Shown: positions 1 through 9,724 of the stretch, piece by piece
Layout: each line of letters begins with the position of its first letter
Numbering within the stretch: position 1 is the stretch's first letter
Assembly (NCBI GenBank): GCA_038727705.1
Contig: JAVYVJ010000002.1
Location: 50,012 to 114,011, forward strand
Source of the DNA: Zestosphaera sp.
GTDB lineage: Archaea; Thermoproteota; Thermoprotei_A; Sulfolobales; NBVN01
Reading direction: 5' to 3'
DNA length: 64,000 nt
Translations under genes and position numbers: made by a program
The notes under the pieces: model-generated
Told to the model about the DNA's origin: nothing
Databases searched by the model: none
Seen by the model: the letters and a program-made list of their open reading frames with translations, nothing else

Positions 1-835
1 TTATCATGAGACCTTCCGCTGCGGGGGTGGGCATTATCTCCGTCGATGTGAGTTTCATGAGCTTCTCGTAGCCCGGCGCGTGCGCCATTACGTGCTCCAT
101 GAACAGGTCTAGTATGGCGTTCCTGGCCGGCTCCACCCTCTCAACCTCTATCTGCGGTCTCAGGTTATCCACACACCTCAGGTCGAAGCAGTCCTGGGCG
201 AAGATCTTCTTAACGTCATCGCGTGCGTCCTTATTCCCTGCATATACTATCGGGAGCTTGAATGTCACGCCGAACCTTGGCCTCGGCTTAGCCATCGCTA
301 TGGTCTCCGCTATCTCCTTGACGTGCGTCTTATCTCCCCCGTCAGTCCCTCCAGCTATCAAGACTATGTCTGGCCTGAGGAACCTAACGATGTTTATCTT
401 CTCGTAGGGCTCCCTGCCATCGTCGACCGCCAGCACGTCCATTATGATCGCACCAGCGCCTAGAGCTGCCCTCTGAGCGCTCTCAGCCGTTATACTCTTA
501 ACGACCCCTGCCACCAGCATCTGGAGGCCCCCGCCCGCGCTGCTCGTCGAGACGTAGACATCTATCCCCTCCTTACCTCCCCTGTACGGCATGATGAACC
601 CCAGCTCCCCGCTGGAGTCGTTCAAGATCTTGTGGCCAGTGAGCTCCTCAACCTCCCTCACGGCGTTCCTCACACCCTTAGTCACGTCCTCCACGGGCTT
701 CTCAACCGTCGTGGGGGCTTCCCCGCTTGCGAGGAAACGCCACTCATCCCCGACCTTACCGAAGAACCTGGCTTTAGTAGTGGTGCTCCCAACGTCTGTA
801 GCAAGGATGAACCTAGGATCATTCTTGAAATTCAT
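1..835 (-). CDS. glmL: Glutamate mutase L / MutL (GlmL)-like ASKHA-fold protein, 3'-truncated by the window edge
   Basis: Not in the ORF track; translated by hand from the ATG at 835: MNFKNDPRFILATDVGSTTTKARFF...EAPTTVE...STSSAGGGLQMLVAG...AERAALGAGA...LRPDIVLIAGGTDGG...IMPTP. The DxGSTTTK, SSAGGGL and AGGTDGG motifs are typical of the GlmL/MutL family. The frame is open to position 1. Confidence 0.75.
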   Translation of the reverse strand, partial: MNFKNDPRFILATDVGSTTTKARFFGKVGDEWRFLASGEAPTTVEKPVEDVTKGVRNAVREVEELTGHKILNDSSGELGFIMPYRGGKEGIDVYVSTSSAGGGLQMLVAGVVKSITAESAQRAALGAGAIIMDVLAVDDGREPYEKINIVRFLRPDIVLIAGGTDGGDKTHVKEIAETIAMAKPRPRFGVTFKLPIVYAGNKDARDDVKKIFAQDCFDLRCVDNLRPQIEVERVEPARNAILDLFMEHVMAHAPGYEKLMKLTSTEIMPTPAAEGLMI

Positions 836-1082
836 TTTACGCGCCTCTACTATACATTACTCTCTCAAAACATAGGATTTTAAGTTTTGCTGTAACGATA
901 ACGTAATTTAGAGAACTTTCTCGTTTAATGATTTAAACAAGCTCATACCAAGTCACGCAGAGTTAGACAGCAACCCCCTCCGCTTAAACATGCATAAACG
1001 TTGAGGCAGGCTCCGTCCTGCACAACCTCTTCAACCAACCTAAGCTTATATTGGCCGACATGTATTGCACAAGGTCCCTATC

Positions 1083-2285
1083 ATGGCATATATTACGGGG
1101 TATAGATGCGTTAGGTGCGGCACTCTCCACACACCTAAATCCCCTCACACCACATGCAGGTCGTGTGGCGGTCCCCTACTGGCGGTCTACGATATCGAGG
1201 CCGTGAAGGACGTGGTGGACAAGCATGTCCTCACCCGCAGAAGCCCTACGATGTGGAGGTATTCGGACCTGATGCCCGTATTCAATAAGAACAACATTGT
1301 TTCGCTTGGCGAGGGCTACACGCCCCTCATCAGTCTGGACAATGCTGGCAGGGAGTTGGGGTTGAGGGATCTCCTCATGAAGGATGAGGGCAGGAACCCG
1401 ACCGCCACGTTCAAGGACCGCCCCGTCTCGGTGGCTGTGTCCGCCCTGAGGGAGCTCGGGGTTAAGTCTATAGCGATGCCAACCGCTGGCAACGCTGGTG
1501 CGGCTTTAGCCGCTTACGGAGCTAGGGCAGGTCTGGAGGTTCATGTAGTCATGCCTTCAGACACTCCGAAACCTATATATGTTGAGGCACTGGCTCGAGG
1601 TGTTAACGTGATCACCGTCGACGGTCTGATAAGCGATGCCGGGAGGATTGTTGCTGAGGGGGCTTCCAAGCACGGATGGTTCGACATATCGACTATGAGG
1701 ACCCCCTATAGGGCGGAAGGCACTAAGACCATGGGGTATGAGGTGGCCGAGCAACTGGGTTGGGAGTCCCCTGACGTGATTGTCTTCCCTACAGGTGGGG
1801 GTGAGGGCGTTATTGGAATCTGGAAAGGTTTTAAGGAGCTCGTGGAGCTTGGCTGGGTTGACGGAACACCCAGGATCGTTGTGGTGCAGTCGGAGGGCTG
1901 TAGGCCCGTGGTTGAGGCCTTCACTAAAGGTCGTGAGTCCGCGGAATTCTTCAGCGCGTGTGAGACGATTGCGTCCGGACTCAGGGTTCCTAAGCCGTTC
2001 GCCGACGTGGAGATACTTAAGGCAATCCGTGAGACTCGAGGCACTGCTCTAGCCGTAAGCGACCTAGAGATCATGGACTCACTTAAGGAACTGGCCACCC
2101 TGGAGGGCGTTCTACCATGTCCCGAGGGTGCGGCAGCGTACGCGGCAGTCAGGAAACTCATGGACTCAAAGCTCGTCGACCGAGATGAGAGGGTGGTCAT
2201 CTACAACACGGGCAGCGGGCTCAAGTACATCGACGTAATATCTAAAGCACTTTACGGGGGTTCAGCGTCGACGCGGAAAAACTGA
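1083..2285 (+). CDS. thrC: Threonine synthase (PLP fold type II) with N-terminal Zn ribbon
   Basis: CxxC...CxxC N-terminus, SLGEGYTPL, NPTATFKDR (PLP lysine), PTAGNAG, PTGGGEG, TGSGLK. ATG at 1083 preferred over the TTG at 1065. Confidence 0.88.
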   Translation: MAYITGYRCVRCGTLHTPKSPHTTCRSCGGPLLAVYDIEAVKDVVDKHVLTRRSPTMWRYSDLMPVFNKNNIVSLGEGYTPLISLDNAGRELGLRDLLMKDEGRNPTATFKDRPVSVAVSALRELGVKSIAMPTAGNAGAALAAYGARAGLEVHVVMPSDTPKPIYVEALARGVNVITVDGLISDAGRIVAEGASKHGWFDISTMRTPYRAEGTKTMGYEVAEQLGWESPDVIVFPTGGGEGVIGIWKGFKELVELGWVDGTPRIVVVQSEGCRPVVEAFTKGRESAEFFSACETIASGLRVPKPFADVEILKAIRETRGTALAVSDLEIMDSLKELATLEGVLPCPEGAAAYAAVRKLMDSKLVDRDERVVIYNTGSGLKYIDVISKALYGGSASTRKN

Positions 2286-3147
2286 GCCACGCCTCTGTCA
2301 GGTGGCAACTGCTTAACATAACCTCTTAGTGTGGTGCTTTATATGTCCTCATTCCCATTTATACCCAAGTCTTTACGCTATCTATTTCTCATTCTAATTT
2401 TCATCCCCATCAGCCAGTAACTTAGACACCGTCATCAGGGCTTCACAAAACCTTACGGTGCTCGGAACCCGGAGCATCATCAAAACGTAAACTTCCAGTT
2501 CACTCAGAATTAAATAAGGCAATGTACTATAGTCAGCATGTCAGAACCCCTGCCATGACTGTAGATGGGGTGGTTTCCTCCGGTGCCCGCCGAGACCCCT
2601 AGTTCCCTCCCACGACATTAAGTAGGTGCCAGGATAACAGAATAGCTACGTAACTCCTATACTCGTTGTCAAGTTCCTCGAACCGCTATCCTCAATGCGG
2701 GCAGAACGTACATGGGCAAAGGGTTGCGGTCGGTGACACGCCGAAGACCACATAACAGGTGCGCGAGCATCACTAGCTGCACAGCCTTGATAGCCGTTAG
2801 TCCTAGTAGAACGATCACTATACTACACTGATCTATGAGTGTGTTTATGCCCATGAGGGTTCTCATGCGAAATAATTGTGAAATATTAAGGACTGCTACC
2901 ACACACTTCGCCATAGTTGATCAGACACTACCTCGTTATGTTCGACCTACTCACTAAGTCCGTTGGCAGAAAGCCTTGAGGAACCTCGATCAACGAGAGC
3001 GGGGTTATCATGAAGAACAAGGAGATCCTGGTCTTAGTTAAAAGTGCTAATGAGGCCTCCTACGCCTAAGAAAACCGGAAAGGATAAGGAAGCAGTATAT
3101 TGCGTTCTATATAGGATAGGTGTCGATACTGTACAATCTCACCACTC

Positions 3148-4422
3148 CTATATAGGCAACCCGATTAGGTCCTTGAGGGGTCTGCCCTCCTTAACCACGG
3201 CAACTATATTGTCCCTGTTTAAGAGCGTCTTCACGTCGGCGAGCGGGTTCTCCCTGGTTATTATGATGTCAGCTAGCTTGCCACGCTCTATAGTTCCAGT
3301 TAGGCCCTCCAGTCCAGCCGCCTCCGCAGCGTTTCTGGTCGCACAAGTTATCGCTTCAAGAGGCGTCATTCCCAACCTCTCGACAAAGATTGCCAGCTCA
3401 ACGGCGTTGTCACCGTGCCTGAGAGCCTTAACTCCTCCCGCGAAGTCGGTTCCCGTAGCCAGCTTAACACCAGCTCTGAACGCGTCCCTCACGTTCCTCA
3501 GGTGATCCTCATACACAGCCCTAGCCTTCTCCAACCCCCATTTAGGGGTTCCTAGTTCCTCACCGTACCTGACTATCTGATCAACTATGGCGAATGTTGG
3601 TACTATTATTGCGTTTCTTTCTTTAGCGAGTTCGATCCCCTCCTCATCTATGTAGATTCCGTGTGCTATGACTTTAACCCCTCCCTTCAGGGCGTTCGCG
3701 ATTCCCTTACTGCCTTGGGCGTGTGCGTGTACGAATCTGTTTGCGTGTTCCGCTTCCTCTACTATTGCTTTTATCTCGTCTAGGGTGAACTGCGTGTATT
3801 CGGGTCTGTCCTTCTCTGATAGGACCCCTCCTGAAGCCATTATCTTTATGAAGTCAGCCCCCTCCCTCAAAGCATACCTAGCAGCCTTCCTACACTCATC
3901 AACACCATCACAAATTAGGGAGAAGCTCCTGAGCCTCGAGGTCCTGACGTCAACGTACTCCAAAGGCAGGTAATGCTCATCACCATGACCGAACGTCTGA
4001 CTCAACGCATAGCCTGCGGTAACCACCCTAGGCCCTACAGCGCTTCCCTCCGTAATAGCGTACTTAACTCCGAGACCCACGTCACTGCCTGCATCCACCA
4101 CGGTCGTGAAGCCCGCGTCAACCAGGGACCTGAGGTCCTGCAGGACCCTAGCCACTCGGGCCGCGTAGGGAACCAGCAGGGGCTCCTTAATCATGTCGAG
4201 GGACCTGTACCCGAGCAAGTGCAGGTGAGCGTCTATCAGTCCCGGCAGTGCTGTGAATCCCTTAAGGTCAATCACCTTAGCGTCGCCGGGAACCTCAACG
4301 GATCCGAGGGTCCCCACGTCCTTGATGTAGCGCCCCTCAATAACCACAACCCCGTTTTCTAGAGGCGCTTCACCTGTACCTCTCACCACTCTTAACCCGG
4401 TTAATGCAACTGCCCCAGACAT
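3148..4422 (-). CDS. Metal-dependent amidohydrolase family protein (Xaa-Pro dipeptidase/imidazolonepropionase-like)
   Basis: PGLIDAHLHL metal motif, GADFIKIMASGG, HAHAQG, IAHG, GTDFAGG, GTIERGKLADII. Start placed at the ATG at 4422. Confidence 0.85.
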   Translation of the reverse strand: MSGAVALTGLRVVRGTGEAPLENGVVVIEGRYIKDVGTLGSVEVPGDAKVIDLKGFTALPGLIDAHLHLLGYRSLDMIKEPLLVPYAARVARVLQDLRSLVDAGFTTVVDAGSDVGLGVKYAITEGSAVGPRVVTAGYALSQTFGHGDEHYLPLEYVDVRTSRLRSFSLICDGVDECRKAARYALREGADFIKIMASGGVLSEKDRPEYTQFTLDEIKAIVEEAEHANRFVHAHAQGSKGIANALKGGVKVIAHGIYIDEEGIELAKERNAIIVPTFAIVDQIVRYGEELGTPKWGLEKARAVYEDHLRNVRDAFRAGVKLATGTDFAGGVKALRHGDNAVELAIFVERLGMTPLEAITCATRNAAEAAGLEGLTGTIERGKLADIIITRENPLADVKTLLNRDNIVAVVKEGRPLKDLIGLPI

Positions 4423-4809
4423 GACTGAGACCTCACACTCCAATATATAACCTGGACTTAAAAGTGCGGTGAACGCTATTCGAAATGTAATTGAGGTCGT
4501 TAATGACAATTCATCGCCCTAGGGCATGATGAGCTACAGCCTCAAACCATCCATTTTCAGGTTGAACGGATTTGTAGAATAAGTTTAAATATGTTTTTAT
4601 TGTGTTTACATAATCTAATATTGCCGATTTAATAAAAATATTCAATCAATCCCGAACCGCTATGCATGATCATTCAAGTTCAGTATGATCCTTAATGTAG
4701 TATAATCGCAACTCGGTTTGGGAGTGTGTCTCGCCGTGTCTTCCATGATTTTGTATTATTGTATTTTATATTACAGAAAATTTATTAACTCTGTAACTAT
4801 GTATTTATT

Positions 4810-5529
4810 GTGACGCCTATGAACGAGGAGTTTAGGAGAGAGCTGGAGGGGTTCGTTGGGGAGGTCAGGTCCCGGGTGGAGGAGTTAGTCAGGAGGGTGG
4901 AGGAGTTAGGCAGTAGGGGTGACTACTACAGAGCCTACAAAACGTGGTCCGGAGGGATTACTGAGATCCTCAGAAGTATGAGGGGCTCTCTGGAGAGGTT
5001 GAGTAACCTGGCCAGGGAGTCTAAGTTGAGTGAGGAGGAGATCAGGGAGTCGATCGAGTACCTCAAGGACGGTCTTGAGGAGGTTCTGAATAAGGTGGAC
5101 TACATGAACGAGAGACTCAGGGAGTACAGGAGGAAGGGCTTTGAGGTTTACGTGGGCTTCACCCCGCAGAGAGTGCTGCGCGACGTCTTCAAAGGTATAG
5201 AGGGGTCTGTGGAGGGTATCCTGGAGGGTGTAGAGAGAGCCATAGACTCGATCGAGGAGTCGCTGTCCTCCACCGTCGCCAGGACGAGTCAGGTGGTCTC
5301 CGTGAGGCTTAAGGAGGGGGATCTGGACGTGATAGACCAGTTGGTCGAGGCGGGAATATTCAAGAGCAGGAGTGAGGCCGTAGCCTACTTCACTAGGAAA
5401 GGTGTTGAGGCTAGTAGGGAATGGATCAATAAAGCGTTAGAGCAGGCGAGGAAGATCAAAGAACTGCAGGATCTAATAAGGAAGGAACTGAGAGGGGAAG
5501 ACGGCGGGGTAGGTGAAGACAAAACCTAA
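4810..5529 (+). CDS. Coiled-coil protein with C-terminal ribbon-helix-helix (CopG/MetJ-like) domain
   Basis: Long E/R-rich heptad region followed by VVSVRLKEGDLDVIDQLVEAGIFKSRSEAVAYF, an RHH-type pattern. Confidence 0.7.
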   Translation: MTPMNEEFRRELEGFVGEVRSRVEELVRRVEELGSRGDYYRAYKTWSGGITEILRSMRGSLERLSNLARESKLSEEEIRESIEYLKDGLEEVLNKVDYMNERLREYRRKGFEVYVGFTPQRVLRDVFKGIEGSVEGILEGVERAIDSIEESLSSTVARTSQVVSVRLKEGDLDVIDQLVEAGIFKSRSEAVAYFTRKGVEASREWINKALEQARKIKELQDLIRKELRGEDGGVGEDKT

Positions 5530-5558
5530 AAACCCATAACCCCTAATATTAACTGGGG

Positions 5559-5635
5559 GCCGCCGTAGCTCAGCCTGGCGGAGCACCGGCCTCGTAAGCC
5601 GGGGGTCGCGGGTTCAAACCCCGCCGGCGGCTCCA
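5559..5635 (+). tRNA. tRNA-Thr(CGT), CCA encoded
   Basis: Acceptor stem GCCGCCG/CGGCGGC, anticodon arm CCGGC-CTCGTAA-GCCGG, T arm GCGGG-TTCAAAC-CCCGC, ends TCCA. Confidence 0.96.
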
Positions 5636-5730
5636 CACCCACGCGTAACGTTACAATAAATCATCATTTCATGGTTCACGCATACGCCATGAAACGTTTA
5701 AACAATATGGCATGATAATATTGGGGGGCT

Positions 5731-6055
5731 GTGAAGCCTTGGTATGAGGCACTGAACCCAGGGGTTTGGGCTATGGTGATAGGGTTGAGATTCTGCAGTA
5801 TGTGGTTGAGTAAGCATGGTAAGGAGAAGGTTCAGGAGGTTCTTGGAGTGAGTAGGGTAACTATGTTGAGGTTCCTGAACGGAAAGGCTAGGGTGGATGA
5901 CGAGAAGCTGGAGCTGTCTTTGAGTTCGACCACGGAGGACGAGTTTAGGGGGATATTGAAGGTTAGGGAGGTTCTGGAGGCGGCTGGTGTAATCTAAGGA
6001 TGGTGGGTACATAGACTACTCCCTAGTGCTAGAGATTGTGAATGAGTTTGTTTAA
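5731..6055 (+). pseudogene. Frameshifted N-terminal (HTH) remnant of a Thermoprotei-type tyrosine integrase
   Basis: LGVSRVTMLRFLNGKARVDDEKLE...EFRGILKVREVLEAAGVI; a +1 shift past the stop at 5997 continues as KDGGYIDYSLVLEIV, matching the recalled LGI..DG.IDYSL.LEI motif of this family. Lies ~95 bp downstream of tRNA-Thr. Confidence 0.6.
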
Positions 6056-6087
6056 ACCGATGAAGGTTTAGACCGTACGATAGATGG

Positions 6088-6477
6088 TTAGCTTGCTGTA
6101 GTGAATAACTGTGATCTCTTAGGGTAGAGGGCTAGGATTGATATGACCGGCACGATGAGGCCGATGGTGGCTGTGAGTTGTATTGTTAACCCCCACACGT
6201 CAAAGACTATAGTTGCGATGCTGACTAGGATCGTGAGCCAAAAACCCCATCTCCGCCTTGCTAGGAGCCCGAGAGCGGCGATGAGTCCGAAGGCTCCTAA
6301 AGACAGGAACATCGTGAAGAGCGCAAACGAGATCGTATACGTGACTGGGGTATCTAGGAACCGTCCCATCCCTGTAGGTGTGCCGAGCGCTGCGAGGAAA
6401 AGTCTGCCAACTGATTGAATGACCCATAGGGAGCCGATGAAAGCAATTCTCCATGACCCTCCTACCTTCCCGTCCAT
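6088..6477 (-). CDS. Small integral membrane protein (about 4 TM)
   Basis: 129 aa, four hydrophobic segments, RRWG loop; 6 bp downstream of the flavodoxin gene. Confidence 0.65.
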   Translation of the reverse strand: MDGKVGGSWRIAFIGSLWVIQSVGRLFLAALGTPTGMGRFLDTPVTYTISFALFTMFLSLGAFGLIAALGLLARRRWGFWLTILVSIATIVFDVWGLTIQLTATIGLIVPVISILALYPKRSQLFTTAS

Positions 6478-6483
6478 CGCCTA

Positions 6484-6951
6484 TCAGCCCCTCCTAAGCT
6501 GGGTCGCTATGTTCCTCCCGAATTCTCTGCATTTAGGGAGCTCACCTTCCGCAATAGGTCCCTTCAGCCCCTGCACCCTCACGGATAAGCCAGCTACCAC
6601 CTGCTTCAGCCCTGGAGCTCTCTTACTCACTCGCTCAACAATCTTCATCACAGCCTTTCCGAGATCCCTCCCCATGTACGTGTCGAAGGTAGCGTACATA
6701 ACCCCCTCCAGCCGTAGCCTACCGAGCTCATCAATGAAGGCTTTAATGCCTCTTGTAGGACCGCCCATATGGTTCGGAGAACCTATCAAGATCATGTCAT
6801 AGTTAGAAACCTCCCTCACGTCCACATCCTTAAGTTCCTTGAGGACGACCTCCACCCCGTTAACCTCCTTCATCCCCTCACATATCTCCTCTGCCACGCG
6901 TCTCGTATTACCGTATTTCGTCTCGAAAACCACGATAACCCTCATGATCAT
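6484..6951 (-). CDS. Flavodoxin-domain protein
   Basis: FETKYGNT phosphate-binding loop, YDMILIGSPNHMGG, ATFDTY. Confidence 0.85.
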   Translation of the reverse strand: MIMRVIVVFETKYGNTRRVAEEICEGMKEVNGVEVVLKELKDVDVREVSNYDMILIGSPNHMGGPTRGIKAFIDELGRLRLEGVMYATFDTYMGRDLGKAVMKIVERVSKRAPGLKQVVAGLSVRVQGLKGPIAEGELPKCREFGRNIATQLRRG

Positions 6952-7049
6952 AACCCCTTCAACATCCCTAGCCTGTGAATAGGCAACAGAATTATTAAAT
7001 AACTAGGTCTGGAAGGAAAAGAGTTGCCATGGTTGAGTTCAGCGGTATT

Positions 7050-7872
7050 GTGGTCGGCTTTGCTATGGTCTATGAGCGGGGGAGGATCACATTCTTCGAC
7101 AGTATCGCGGTAGATGAGGCTTGGTCGTCACAGTCACCTTGCTTATACCTCGCTAACGTAGGGTGATACTTCCCATGTCTCATTCAGCGTTAAAACACGC
7201 TCGAACGCGTCAGAAACACAACAATATCTCTGGGTGAGGACTACTAAATTCATCAAAGAGGAGTTCAGCTTTAAAGTCATCTCGTAGAGTACTGCGTGTT
7301 TAGTTAGGAGCGCGTCATAGGCCTCGCGGGTAGTGCGGTACTCCTCCGCCAGAGCTCTCAGAGTCTGGCTGAGGATGTCATGTTGCCGTCTCAGGTTCTG
7401 GTAGTTGCTGGTTAGCGCGCTGTACTCGGTGAGGAGTAGTGTGTAGTTGTTCAACAATCGCTGGAACTCTTGACTTAAGGCAGTGTAGGAGTTCATCAAA
7501 CCTTAGGTATTCCTCAGTTAGTGCTGAGAGCTCCCTGCTCAACTCGTCGACTCTGCTCTGAAGTCTCGAACGCTCAGCCTGTAGCTCCCGGTAGGTTGAG
7601 TTCAGTTCATCGTGCCCTATGACGAGGCTGTGATAGCTCGAGTTTAGCCTGCTGCAGTCGACCGAGAGACCAGCGTACTCCTCTAAGAGACTATCGCACA
7701 TGCCCTGCAGTTGGCTATATGCATTACTCATCATGATAAGGGTGGCGTTCAATTCACTTACGACGACCCCCTTTCCCCGGGACACACCACAAAGTACGTT
7801 AGAGCGAGTGCTTTGGTCATCGGAACTAGAAGTAATACCAATAACTAAATTGCGCGCGTTCCCGAAATACAC
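7050..7872 (-). pseudogene. Fragmented coiled-coil + transglutaminase-like domain protein
   Basis: Two overlapping heptad ORFs (7378-7872, 7143-7499) join by a frameshift near 7500. A further shifted frame at ~7110-7145 reads YKQGDCDDQA, a transglutaminase-like Cys motif. Left boundary approximate. Confidence 0.55.
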
Positions 7873-8001
7873 CTGAAGATATGGACCTCAAAGCTAATTT
7901 TAGGTTTTAACCTTAGACACCTAGCGGTTGGTAGTGGATAAGACTATTCTTACTCGTATAAAAAAGTTTAAATACCTATATGTACTAATATTAGCGTATG
8001 T

Positions 8002-8229
8002 ATGCATGTGGTGGTTGTTATGGCTGCATCCCCTAAAAGGGAGAAGCTAAGCGTTCTCATCGTGTTGATAACCCCTCTCGTCCTGATTCTTGGAGCGCCT
8101 CTCGTCATGACTAGGGTCGAGCCTTTCATGCTGGGCCTGCCGTTCAACATGTTCTGGCATATACTGTGGATGGTTCTCGGTGCCTTCCTGCTCACTATAG
8201 CCTACATAATACGCACGCGGGGTGAGTAG
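8002..8229 (+). CDS. Small membrane partner of an SSS transporter (DUF3311-like)
   Basis: Two TM segments with VEPFMLGLPFNMFWHILW; its stop overlaps the SSS start. Confidence 0.75.
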   Translation: MHVVVVMAASPKREKLSVLIVLITPLVLILGAPLVMTRVEPFMLGLPFNMFWHILWMVLGAFLLTIAYIIRTRGE

Positions 8230-9677
8230 TGATGGACATAATAGCTCTTGTCATAATATTCACCTGGCTAATCATATCCACGGCTGTCGGCATAACGGCC
8301 GGCCTGCGCAAGAAGTTCAGTCTGGAGGAGTGGGCCGTAGCGTCGAGAGGTCTCAGCATGGTCGTTATATTCTTCACGCTGGCCGCCGAGATATACAGTG
8401 CTTTCACCTTCCTCGGCCTCGGTGGTTGGGCCTACAACTACGGAGCCCCGATATACTACGCTCTAGCGTACTTCGTCACCGCATACTCCACGGGGTTTGT
8501 GCTGTTCCCCTACCTCAATAGGCTCGGCAGGAAGTACAGATACATAACCCAGGCCGACTTCCTCATGGACAGGTACGAAAGCAATGCCCTAGGGATCTTG
8601 GCCTCAGTGTTGGGGGTCGCACTCCTACTACCATACATACAGCTTCAGATCCAGGGCACGGGAATAATAGTTCAGACAGCCAGCTACGGAGCCATAGACC
8701 CGACGACGGCCATAATGATAGCGTACTTCTGTGTTGTAGTGTTTCTCTTCATAGGCGGGTACAGAGGGCTTGCGTGGACCAACGTCCTGCAGGGCGTCCT
8801 GATGTTCGTGGCCGCGTTCATGATACTTGCAGTGCCCTTCATGGCCTTCGGAGGGACCGAACCCATGTTCAGGCAGATCATGAGCGTCAGCCCGCAACAC
8901 CTAGTCCTCCCAGGCGCTAAGGGGATACATGGATTCCCATGGTACATGTCGACACTGCTCCTGACGACATTAGGGTTCTGGATGTTCCCGCACCTGACGG
9001 CCAGAATGTACTCAGCCAAGTCCGAGCGCGACGGCATGCGTAGTTGCGCCTGGATGCCATGGTACTCCCTCCTCGCAGTACCAATAGTCCTCGCAGGCTA
9101 CTCAGCCCTACTCCTCTTCCCAGGGCTTAAGAACCCTGACCTGGCGGTCATGACGGATGTGGTCAACTTCTTCCCCCCAGCCATCGTCGGCATCATAGGG
9201 GCCGGCGGGCTTGCGGCCGCCGTATCCACTGGTGGTAGTCTAATCCAAGCTTCCGCAGTGATAATATCGAGGAACTGGATTCAGAAAGGCTTCGGAAGGG
9301 GCTTAAGCGACATGACTACCGCATGGCTAGCCAGGTTCATGACCATAGTGGTCAGCGTTATCTCCCTCATCCTCTCACTCTACTTCCCGACCCTCCTAGT
9401 CAACCTGCTACTGATAGCCTATTCATTGGCAGTGCAGTTCTTTCCGGGCATGGTGTTCGGCATAACCTGGAGAAGAGCAACTAAACATGGCATATTCGCG
9501 GGGATACTGGTCGGAACTATAGTCGTCATATTGACTACATGGGTGTGGGTGAACCCATACCAAGTGAACGCCGGCATCTGGGGGCTTGCCTTCAACTTCA
9601 TCACGGCGATACTGGTGTCTCTGGCCACTAAACCCCCGTCCACCGAGACGCTGAAGAAGTTCTTTACAACTGTTTGA
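8229..9677 (+). CDS. Sodium:solute symporter (SSS) family transporter
   Basis: 482 aa, ~13 TM, EEWAVASR, YSAFTFLG, ITQADFLMDRY, AWTNVLQG, AAAVST motifs. Confidence 0.9.
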   Translation: MMDIIALVIIFTWLIISTAVGITAGLRKKFSLEEWAVASRGLSMVVIFFTLAAEIYSAFTFLGLGGWAYNYGAPIYYALAYFVTAYSTGFVLFPYLNRLGRKYRYITQADFLMDRYESNALGILASVLGVALLLPYIQLQIQGTGIIVQTASYGAIDPTTAIMIAYFCVVVFLFIGGYRGLAWTNVLQGVLMFVAAFMILAVPFMAFGGTEPMFRQIMSVSPQHLVLPGAKGIHGFPWYMSTLLLTTLGFWMFPHLTARMYSAKSERDGMRSCAWMPWYSLLAVPIVLAGYSALLLFPGLKNPDLAVMTDVVNFFPPAIVGIIGAGGLAAAVSTGGSLIQASAVIISRNWIQKGFGRGLSDMTTAWLARFMTIVVSVISLILSLYFPTLLVNLLLIAYSLAVQFFPGMVFGITWRRATKHGIFAGILVGTIVVILTTWVWVNPYQVNAGIWGLAFNFITAILVSLATKPPSTETLKKFFTTV

Positions 9678-9724
9678 CCTAAAAATTGTTTTTAATCTGA
9701 AACCTAAATTTAACTCCTTATCCA

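Noticed and set aside
1083-5635. thrC near tRNA-Thr as a regulatory link
   Set aside because: They are over 3 kb apart with unrelated genes between, and no T-box-like leader is present.
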